Assembly: GCA_002189035.1 (NCBI GenBank)
Contig: NEEC01000019.1
Span: 1,612,001 to 1,676,000, forward strand
Direction: 5' to 3'
Length of the DNA: 64,000 nt
Source: Utricularia gibba
Taxonomy: Eukaryota > Plantae > Magnoliophyta
In this document: positions 41,237 to 52,100 of the stretch, in pieces
Layout of the letters: each line of letters starts with the position of its first letter
How positions within the stretch are numbered: position 1 is the stretch's first letter
Made by a program: the position numbers and the translations under genes
The notes under the pieces: model-generated
The model's input: only the letters and a program-made list of their open reading frames with translations
The model's database searches: none
What the model was told of the DNA's origin: nothing

Positions 41237-44200
41237 TCAATCTTGTTCGTCCACTTCTTGAAATGGAAGCGGCACAATGTGCACGGCCCTGAACTTTCCA
41301 GCGTTGTTCAGGTGCTCATTCTCCAGCCTGAAAATCCGAGAATGGTAAGCAAAAGCTCATGAATTCCGGGTCGCGTTTAGGTAAGAAATGTGTTGTCAGT
41401 TACCGATAAAAGTTCCATAGACCCCTTCTGAGAACCTCAAGAGTGGCTAAGAAGAAAAGGGTAACTCTCTCATCCACCTTCTCGAAGTTGTAGTGGAAAA
41501 CAGTCTGCAGCCATGCTAACCGGAGGACAAGATTCAGCCCCTGCACAGTTTGAGAAACGAACATTAGCAATTGTCTCGTGTTCCGAAAACCGGATCGGAT
41601 TGATTGATGGATGTTGTTACCATGGAGAGAAAGTATATGAACTTCTTCTTAAGCATTAGCTCATCTCTCAGCCATGGATTCTTGGAGTTGATCTGAAGCA
41701 AGCCCCAGTCCTTGACGAAGTCCCAGTATAAATGGTATACTGTTGCAGCGGTGGAGGTTACAACCACAACCCAGAGCCATTCTATGGAACCTTCCCTGCC
41801 GTATGCGACCTTGGCACCGGCAGCGAGCATTGCAGATACATATTTGCCGAGGTTGATGAGGTGGGATTTGTGGCCTTCATCGAACCATCTTCGAGCGCAT
41901 TGCATCGCTCTCCAGTAGTAGGGAAGGAATGAAATTGCATAGGCCAAGTCTCTGTAGAATGTGTTTCTTAAGCAAAAGCTGTAGTCTTGAGTTTTGTAGC
42001 TTCCAGTTATGTAGTAGCAGACGATGTTTTCCAGATTTCTCAGCATTGGAACCTGAAACAAAGCTCATTATTCGTGAACAAGAACACTATCAACCCAACA
42101 AAAGGATTAGCCTGTGTCTTCTTTACCTGGCTACAGAGTTGATCAGCCATGAAGAAGTCTAGCATGACAACCTTGTACAGAGGCGATAAAGCGATGTTTC
42201 GCAGCATGGAGAGAAGACGGTATCTGCTCGATTTGTAGATGATATTGAGGGGACAAACAAGGACAAGGGAGAACACCTATAACAAGAAGCATCAGATTAC
42301 TGCATGTGTTTTCAAGCCGGTGTCCAACAGGGATGAAGATTTACCAGAAGAAGTAGGCCTGGAACGGCTTGAAGTACAGGTGAGGTATACCCTTTAAGGA
42401 CGAGAGTCAGATGGAGGAAAAGGACACCGATCACAGCCGTCATTGCAAGGGTGCAGATCAGGAAAATGTCTTGGTATTTCAGCTCCTTTGTTGGAGAGTT
42501 TTCCAAGATGAAGCTGTAGTTTATCCTCATTCTTCTCCACGCGAAGATGTTGCAACCATAGAAGAAGAAATGGAGAAACAGTAGGCCAAACATGCTGCAA
42601 AAGATAATGGTTTTTCAGGCTTCTGAACATGTTTCTTGTTGCCATTTGTGTAATAATCTGTGAGCACTTGCCTGAGAACAGGGTAGACAGTTTCCATGTA
42701 CATTTTATCCGAGTTGGACTCATACATTCCGGACAAATGAGCCATGATCACGTATCCGATAAGTAAAGCGAAGAAGCATCCAGTGAATAGCCCTGATGTG
42801 GCACAAGAAACACATCAAAATGTTAGCTCAAATGCCGATAAACATCAGTGCATCTTCAAGTTCTGAACAACTGCCCACCAATGAAAAATGTGACAGCATG
42901 AGATTCTTTTCTTTGAGTCGGCCGAAGGTACTTCATAGCCGTTCTTTTATCATCTTTTGCAAAATGCTTAACGAAAAGTTCCTCAACCTCATCAGCCAAC
43001 TTCAGTGCCTGCAAAAATTATCAAAAGATGATTTGTTTTGAGACAGCAAAATCTAGATCCATGAATGGAAGTCTATGCAGATTTTAACTTTGACGAGGGC
43101 CCTCTGTAGTTACCCCACGTCCAATCATCTTCCAATCTATGTCTATAAGTCGACTTTCGATGGTGAAAAAGGGAAGAAAAAAGACAACTTTTGGTACCTT
43201 ATCTGAGCTGTTGAAGTATGAGCTCTCAACCACTCTCAAGTAAACAGGAAGAACTTCTTTCCCTGTGACCTGAGAAAGTGGAAAGCAAAGTTGGTTTTTC
43301 ATGGTTACTCAGGAGATTGCAACATCTTTTTCAGATACGCCTTTTGCTTACTTTGTCGAACTTCTTCAAGATCTTAGCAAATGCTATCATGTTCAAGGTC
43401 CTGATGAAGAATCCACAGGGAATAAAATCATGTCAACTTGCTGAAATCATGGAGATTGTGCAGTTTATCAAAGGAATGATGCATGATGAAAAGAGGCTAC
43501 ACTAACCTGTAAGATTTGAGATATGATAATCCTTTGTAGAGCTCAACAAATGCACCCCTGATCATTTTTTCAGCACGGTGCAGCTTTTTCTTGTTGATGT
43601 GCAGACGGTCTCCGGCCAGACCACTTTTCTTGGAGGATTGATTCACCAGATCATCCCAGAGCAAGTAAGTTATGGCTGAAAATGTTCGAGTCGGCGTTGT
43701 AAGAGGAATGTGAATTCTCAAGTTCTTCCCTTGGCAACTCACTATCTGCTCTGAGAGAGACCTCATCCTCTTCAATGATCTTACAGTTTCAAGGGATCCA
43801 GCAGATCTTGTACTATCCTTATCAGATTCTTCATTCAAGCTCTCTGTCCCCTGCTCGGTTACGATCGAATCCTTGATGAACTCTTCATCTATCACCACAA
43901 AGAAACAGTGAGACTCCATGGATATAATCCATTTTTGGAGCTGTTTTCAGCAACATATAACCAAGCCATTCTATTTGATATAAACTGTTGGAAAAGCTTC
44001 AACGTACCACAGGATATCGTCCCTGAAATCGATATATCTTCCTTAGAGTTTTCTTTACCACGAGTGTCCCTCAGTGCGTTCTTCAGCTCAACGAGGATTT
44101 CGAACTGTTTCTTCAATGATTCCCCTCGCTCTAGAAGCTCCCTCTCCTTTGTCCTGTAGAATCTATTCACTTTGTTGAGCTGATGATCCAAGCAAGCAAA

Positions 44201-44600
44201 GAACTCAACAGCTGCATCAGTAACAGCAAACTGCTCCAGAATCTCTGTTTCATACAAGTCTCCTTTGCTCTCCGAAGTTGAAAGCTTTCGATGAACCTGA
44301 ATCAAATAGCCACCCAGATTCTCACATTTGCATAACAAAAAAGAAAATAACAGAAATGGAATCACAAATGGAAAACAAACTTACTTGAATCAGTTTTGGC
44401 TTTTGATTAAGAAACGTGCATTTTCTCAAAGAGGAGGCAAGAAGATCATTGAAAAAGCTCTTCCCCTTATTACTGGAGGCCTCTTCATTTCCAGGAACAT
44501 GAATTTTCTTGATCTCTCTCTTCAGTTGACAGTAGTCAACAAAAGCTTCTTTCCATTCGGGGATGAGTTGAGCCTCGAACTGCTTTGAGAACTTCACCAT
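41237..44600 (-). CDS. PHO1;H1: SPX-EXS phosphate exporter PHO1 homolog 1, 12 exons (44600-44385, 44296-44008, 43888-43507, 43400-43352, 43269-43198, 43008-42879, 42792-42672, 42594-42345, 42276-42127, 42052-41621, 41540-41404, 41327-41237)
   Basis: [64 protein letters not shown] and [20 protein letters not shown]. All junctions in phase; one is GC-AG. Confidence 0.95.
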
Positions 44601-46139
44601 TTTGTATCAAATGTGAAGGAAGAATATATTTCTGAGGGTGAACTGAAACAAGAACGCTGAGATCAGTGTTTATTTATGGAGAGAAGAGAGAGCACTGATT
44701 TGATCAAGAGGTACTGATGCTAGACAGCACATTCCCTGCTATATTTCCTTTTGCACTCCACTTTTTCTGCCGGAGATTCGCCGGACCTTCGGTTAGTTAG
44801 GCCTGTCTCTCTCAGACAACCTACAGGTATTACCACAAGTTTATGCTGCCATGAGACATGGGATTTGTACCTGATTCCTTTTGAACAACAAAACAATCCC
44901 ATACCAAAAAACTAAACGTAAAGCCTTGTGCCTACCCACACAAGATCTGAATACCACCATGCTTGAGATAACCTTAACATTTGCTACTGGTGTAATATGA
45001 AGAGGGGATGCACTGAACAGACAATATCCATGTAATATCCAGCAGAACCTTAGACTTAGTAATCTGAAATTTCTGTTAGTGCAGCAGCACACAGCCCTTT
45101 CCTTGCTCGGTTGTCAAGAACATGAAACTTGAAAACAAGACAAGTTGTTTGAAACATGTGTGCATCACAGACATGTTCCTTTTTTTTTTTTATGTCATAT
45201 GCTTTATTGATTGATCTTCTTCTCCTTTTTATCACCAAACTGCATCTGCATGATGATCTCTTCTACTTTAGGGATGCAGGCAACAGATTATCGGCTCGTC
45301 GGAAGTCTCGACTCGATCGTTTTCGATCCCATTCTACATAAAATGGACTAAAAAGGTGGCATGAAGGATGATAAGAAGGGAGTGTGTTCAGAGGATGGAT
45401 GTTGGCTGTTCATCACGTACATGACTCGAGTAGTAGACCAACCCACGACACCTCTCCAATGGAATGTCGAGAAGAAAAAGCTTGAAACGGTTATGGTCTG
45501 AGTAGGAAGCCATCATCTCTAACTCACCCCACGCCTCATTGTTGTGCGTGGAGGAACGTATAAAATCCAAAGAAAATTTCAACTTTTGGTTAAGCAAATG
45601 AACACACAGAATAAAGGGGGATGAATTTGAAAAATAACTAGTAAACTTATTGTTACTGTATGTAAAAAATAATTATCTTATGCGTAAAATTTTGAGCGAT
45701 AAAATTTCAAAAAGAATGGAATAAAGTTTCATTTATATATCTATTTTTTAAGCATTTGACAAAATTTTAAAAATCACATTTGAATCGTTTTCAAATTCAA
45801 ATAATTTTAAAATAAAAAAAGTATATTTAAGAAAATAAACAATTCAATCATGATTTAAACTAAAATTCAATGATTCAAATGATTTACATCTTTTCTTTTA
45901 TGATTTAGAGCATGTTTTAAATTAGATAAAATAAAGTTGGATGCAATAAGGGTGACTAAGCAAGGGGAGAATTTATTCTGATAGGCATAGAGATATATCA
46001 ATACTGATTATCCTCCAATCAAATCACTCAAATATGCTCAATTATTACAAGATGATATTCAGGAGCATATGATTCTGGATTTAGGTTCCCATTGCAATAA
46101 AGAAGACAAATTCCCTTGTATTCACATTCATGTAGAGGG

Positions 46140-46228
46140 GAATATCCTTGATTACCTTCAAGAATGGCTCCTCCCCGATGGGATTAGGAGCACTGATCAG
46201 GGATTAAGGATCCTAAACCAGCATATAC
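46140..46228. promoter_or_regulatory. Two P1BS (GNATATNC) matches upstream of PHO1;H1
   Basis: GAATATCC at 46140-46147 and GCATATAC at 46221-46228, about 1.6 kb upstream of the ATG. Short motif, so chance occurrence is possible. Confidence 0.35.
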
Positions 46229-46394
46229 CTAATGCCTTAATCCTCATGTTATTCTTCCATGGATTCTGCATCGTGGGTGCAAGAGCTACAGACCAGGTGA
46301 TGTCTAGAAGGCCATGTGCTCGATTCCCATTCGCAAATGGAGCGAACATTGAGTTTTTATGCAGCTGCCCACATGAAAACTAAGCGCTCTTGAC

Positions 46395-46727
46395 TTATCG
46401 GAGAATCATTCCTCGCCGCACAAAGAGCTGTTCAATTCCTTGATGCCGTTCAGTACACAGAACGTTCCTGTAACGGGATACCAATCAAGAAACAATTCAA
46501 AGCATACCAGCGAATCCGTAGAAAAAAATTTCGCCACATTTACCTCGCGTGGTTCTTTACCAGTACTAGAAATCTGATGATCGGTAGGGAAAACGTCGAA
46601 TATGTAGACATAACTTTAAACTTGAGGCACATAGGTAAGCATCAACCAGTAAAGGCATCAGAGAGATACGAATGGGAGCAAATATTCCCCCCGGCACTGC
46701 AGATAGACATCGTGTAATCTGCGTCAT
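46395..46727 (-). other. Candidate unannotated 3-exon small ORF (50 aa)
   Basis: TATATATAAA at 46850-46841, telo-like motif at 46775-46783, and GT-AG introns 46669-46566 and 46543-46468 join three exons in frame. No homology recognised. Confidence 0.4.
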
Positions 46728-46986
46728 GGCGAGAGATGATCCCGTAACAGTAGCTACGATCTGAATCGGTAATCGAACCCTAGAAATACAGACAGGACGG
46801 AGACGACGAGTGGGATGTGTTTGTTTTTAGTGGTGTATTCTTTATATATATTTAAAAATGGATCGACTTTAATAATTTTTATTATATTTTGAAATATTTG
46901 AAAAAAAATAATAATATTTATTTAAGTAAATTAAATTATTATTGGATTTATTTATAAATTTCAATAGATAGTGAGCCTTTAAGGGC

Positions 46987-47037
46987 TGGGCTCACTACGG
47001 TCTAGGCTTCATACATAAGCCCAATCAGGTTTGGGCT
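46987..47037. promoter_or_regulatory. Site II cluster in a putative bidirectional promoter
   Basis: TGGGCT at 46987, AGCCCA at 47018 and TGGGCT at 47032, beside an AT-rich core (46850-46975). Confidence 0.45.
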
Positions 47038-48439
47038 TTATCTGAAGATGCGACGAAGACTTTGGGAAGGTAGTATAACGTACGCCTATTCTCCGATCAG
47101 ACGACGACGCCGTGTCTGTCTCCCGCTTTCCATACTGGTTCGAAATATGGACGCCGCAAATCTTCGTCTTTGCAACCATCTTTGAGCGTTCAAAGGACAT
47201 TTTTGTTGAACTCGTTTGGGGTTATGCTTACAGAAAAATGGTTTCCCGTTTCTATGCATTGACTGATCCATTTAAGAATGAGACCCCATCTTCTTCCCGT
47301 TACGACCCGCATCCCAATCCGCGTCTAGGCCCTTCTGTAGAGATGACAGTGTTTCCAGGATTGCGAAATGGATCGGGGAAGGATGTGGCGTTCAGAAATG
47401 ACGAATGATGTAAGGGGAAGAAACGTTTGAAGGGTATTCTCCGGAAGTCTTGGTGCGGGATCCTGACCATCGGATTGCAGTTTCTCTGTTTTCCCCTGTA
47501 GTATTGTTTCACGGAGCTGCCATTATGCACCCCCTTGAGTTGGCAGGTACGCATCCTGTTTCATCATCTTATTTGTCATGTTAGTAATTATGAAGGATTT
47601 TGGATGGCTGTTTCCATACTGCAACTGTCGATGATCACTATCCCTCTCTTCTGTACTATCAAGAAAAAATGCTGCTGAACTCTCCAGAATTTGGGAGTTC
47701 GATCTGAAGCTGTTATCTATGAAGGAAAAACGCACACAGATCTCTTTTTCAAGCATTCTTTCCTGCCAAGAAGATCATTTTAAATAGAATTTGTATGAAT
47801 TTCATCGTGCAATTGCTGTGCAAAGTTATCAGGAGAACCATGTAATGTTTTCCTGTGAAAAGAAGAATTTTGAAGAATTAAAAAAGTCACTTTAGAGAGT
47901 GACATTACATTTGAAAGACCTGATTTGCAGGTTTTTTTTTGTGAGACATGGGCTTAAAAAAAAAAAATCAAACAAAACATTGATGTGCTCTGCTTTTCCT
48001 GGAATTTAGGATCCAATGAGAGGCGGAAGGGATGATGTGTTTGAAGATTTAGTTTTGCCGATACATGGCGGTCACTCGGTGGCACTGGCCAGAGATACCA
48101 TGGCTCCGCCAGGAAAGCACCTGAGTTCATGCTGAAACTGGCTCTTTCTGATCATCATTCTGATAACTGATTTTAACTACATTCTTCAATCATGCTGTAA
48201 GTATGATTTTATAGTTTGATTGTACCTCGTAAGATGATTTAACTCCTTGATTGGATATGATTGGATCTTACTAAAGTCAGAACCTTGTTATATCTCAGGA
48301 CGGTTGATTCGTGTAAGAAAGTACTCTTATTTTGCCAAATCATAGACCAATAGTCATATGATGGCCACAGACAGGACGCAAACTGAAAAGTCAAGCTACA
48401 GCCACTGACACAATTTAGCTTCTTTTGCTCATTTTTTAC

Positions 48440-48928
48440 CTGAGGACTTGCCTGAGCCAGCCTGAGAAAAAGGAGTCGAGCTTATGGTTACCATTCAGAC
48501 AAGATAATAAATACATGGGGAAAAAGCGACAACGTTTTTAGAAAGGAAAGCAACAGTGTTTTAGTGGGTACCTTCTTCTTCGAGTCTCGTGGTTTGGATT
48601 CAGTCTTCTGCTTGGAAGCTGATCCTTTAGTGGACTCCTTCTTCCCGGGAGCAACTGTATGAGATGCAACTGGTCTCTCTGCCTTCAAAGAAGTCATTTT
48701 GTCAAGATCACCTGCTCTTGAAAAGAAAGCTCTTTCTGATCTTGGAGTCTGTTCATTTTCTAGTGAAACATATTTATAGATGAGATTATGGTTCAAAGAA
48801 CAAGCTGTCAGAAGTCTGAGCAACTGCTGTCCAGTGAATTGGAATAACTCTAGATGAATCAGATGCTTGTGGTAATTCATTTCAGCATATGTACCTTAGT
48901 CCCTAGAATATTTCTGGCATTGCTGGCA
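48440..48928 (-). other. Orphan in-frame exon set (48928-48895, 48826-48572, 48461-48440), product unknown
   Basis: Two T-rich GT-AG introns join phase-compatible exons into a stop-free reading (ASNARNILGTKQLLRLLTACSLNHNLIYKYV...DSKKKAGSGKSS). No start or terminal exon identified. Confidence 0.45.
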
Positions 48929-49118
48929 CTATAGCAGACATAACACACAGGAGTCTGGAACTAGTTTTCATAAGGTAAAACAAGAAGAAAGTAACTAATA
49001 TTTCATCAGCATCATAAAAAACCGAGCATAATATCGTTGTCATGTATCTTATTGACAATAGCGAGTTTTCCTCATTGAATCAAATCTGAAAACCGGGTGT
49101 TCTGGAAAGGTGGTCCTT

Positions 49119-52100
49119 TCAACCAGTGTTTCTCATACCAGCAGCAATCCCGTTGATGGTGATAAGCAGAGCATCTCTCAGTTTCTTGTTATCTTCATCT
49201 TGTCTCAGCCTCTTCAGAATCTCCACCTGCAACATATTCATAGGATTAAGGTATGGAAGCCGGTTTTCGATCAGCTTCCTCAGAGTTCTGTTGTTCTCCG
49301 ACAGCTTCTCATGTTGGGTGATCAACAACACAAAGTTTTCTGCAGTTGCAAGCTCTGAGCGGAGCTCTGTCCCTAGCGTTCGCCGACCTTCGGACACTAG
49401 GACATCATCATAATGCTTAGCAATAGGCATATCTGCTTTCCCAAGAACCATTTCTATCAAGTCGACAGTCGTTTGAAAGAACGGCCATTCCTTGTACATG
49501 GCTCGCAGTTCTTCCGCATGGCCTTTTTCACATATCACCTTCAAGCTAGTTCCAACTCCAAGCCAAACAGGAAGTACAAATCTTGTCTGTGTCCAAGCAA
49601 ATACCCAAGGAATTGCCCTCAAATGGCCGATACCTGCTGTCGTCTTTCTCCGGGTTGGACGACTTCCAATATTCAGGCAACCAAGCTCTGCTTGAGGGGT
49701 GGCCTCATGGAAGTAGGCTAGAAATTCAGGGTTCTCATAGACTGTACTACGGTAAGCATTGCAACTGATTTTTGATATTTCATCCATCAGCTCCCGCCAC
49801 TTCTCTTCCTTGGGGGCTTTGGAGGCCTTAGAGTTGCAAGAAGCACAGCTGTTGTGTAAATCTCTAGCTGCCTAACAGCCATTTGTGGAAGTCCAAATTT
49901 TGCTTGCACCATCTCACCTTGTTCTGTTGATCTAAGAGTACCCTGCCAACATGACATGAATCAGGAAAACTTCTGAAATTAGATGCCAAATCCAGCAAAT
50001 CGATAAGCTCTCACCATTACTGAACCAGGTGGTTGAGACTGAATAGCAAGAGAAGTAGGACCACCTCCACGTCCAATACTCCCTCCACGTCCATGGAACA
50101 GAGTAATCTTTATTCCATATTCATTGCAAGCGGCTGCCACATCCTCCTGAGCTTTATAAAGTTCCCATGCAGCAGCAAAACGTCCTGCATCTTTTCCTGA
50201 GTCGGAATATCCAACCATCACCTGTCCCCGGATGGTACCAAAAAAGTCTGTCAGTGGCCAAGATAACTGAAATCTCTAAATGATCAGTGTACCTCCTGAT
50301 GTCCATTGTGGTTCCTAATTATATGTTCGCGATACCAATCGATTGATAATAACTTCCTAATAACAGCACCGGCATCCCTCAAGTCCTTGAGGGTTTCAAA
50401 GAGAGGTACAACTCGAAGCCTACTCCATGAAAAAAAAACAAAAAGCAAGTTTGTAACAAAATGGCAATGCTGTTACACTTTAATCATGTCTAGTAGAGGA
50501 TGAGTAGTCTTACGATCCTGGAGGACATGGTCTCCCCAGCTCTCCCGCGACAGCAAGTCGAGCGTCCTTTTGTAAAAGTTCCACTGCCAGGACATCACTA
50601 GCCTACCAGTTCATGGAGACAAAACACACTATCAGAATGATTGGGACTGTTTTTTTTTTTTTCACAGGTCATAGGTTGGACGGACCATCCTCATGTATTG
50701 TGTTATGAAGCAAGTTATTATACATACATTTGAGGCCATAGAGATCACATAAGCTCCCAATGAATCACTTCCAAGTTCGGCAGCAACCTTGAAGGTGTCA
50801 AGAACTTCTTTAACATCAGCGGAAACCTTCAAGGAAAAGTGAATAAACTATCAGCCACTCAGAATTTCGTGGAGCGGTGGTCCGCCAGTTCATGTTCAAA
50901 AATCGGTATTCCAAGACCTCTATTGATGATGGAACCAAAGGCCTCTTCCCTTTAAGCTCTTTTATGAGGAATTCTACTCTCTTATCTTCATCCCATTCAC
51001 TGTAGGTACCCATATCAAGAAACTTCGTTATTGCATCAAGTGTTTCTGAATGTCGACCAGATTCCTGGCAAAGCCAAGCCACATCAGGAGACTATTATTC
51101 CAAGTGGGAGTAAACTTCAAAGATCAGTTTCTATCTGAACTAGTTTATAAAACTCGACACTATGACAGACCAACCTGGCGAAGGTCAAGCTTCATTAGAG
51201 CCATCCCAAATGTGGAAGCACGCCTAATTAGGTCAGCCAGCCTGCCATCAGCCAAGATTCCAGACCCACAAGATTGCTTTCCACATAACCATTTAGAAGA
51301 TGAAGTCACTGGATGCGCTATGCAAAGTTAATGAAACAGTTGCAACAGCAAAAAATACCAATGAATCATAGCATATAAGTAGAGGTTCCAGTAATTGCTC
51401 TGTTGTTGCATAATAATCCCAGCAATCAAGTTCACAAGGTTGGTTCTCAAGAAGCAATTCCAGCCGTCTCCGTGTCTTTAACAACTGGATTAAGGAAAGT
51501 TTCAGATAAATAACTGAAAATTTTCAAAACAGAATTAGCTGAATGTGGCACATAAATGAAAGGAGAAGCATCACCCTCTCTTTGACATCACCCAAGACAA
51601 CTCGGTAAGGAGCTATTCCAGGCATCTGGGAGGAGCTTGATTCCATAAGCTTCCGGAAACTGCTCCTCCCTACTTGGGATTCAGCAAATAGTTTCCTCTG
51701 TGCTGGAAGCTGATTAGAAGAGAAAGACGGCACTCTGTTGAGACCAGCAGACTTAGCACTTCGAGGGGTATTGCAATTCTCATTAGCGTCTGTCTTGGAT
51801 GAGAAACTCGCAGTATTTCTTGAAGACCCCTTCAAGATCAAGGACTCATGGCTATCCTGCAATAGCATCAAGAGTCATATAAAACTAGAAAATAAAAGAG
51901 CATCCTGTTGAAGGATACCCCATAAATTCATTGTTCACCTCACGGCTGAGTGGCAAAAATCCTGTCCCAGGAATGCCGAGTCGATTGTAGTGAGAGTCCA
52001 CATCATTATGCTCTACATAGAAAAGAAGACAGAAAAATGCAAGTTTTGGAGAAATTGAAAAAATTAAAAAAGAAGTCTATTTCACAACAAAGAAACACCG

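Noticed and set aside
46142-46228. Apparent U12 AT-AC intron on the plus strand (ATATCCTT...TCCTAAAC...AC)
   Set aside because: Branch site is imperfect, no host gene is evident on that strand, and the motifs coincide with the P1BS matches.
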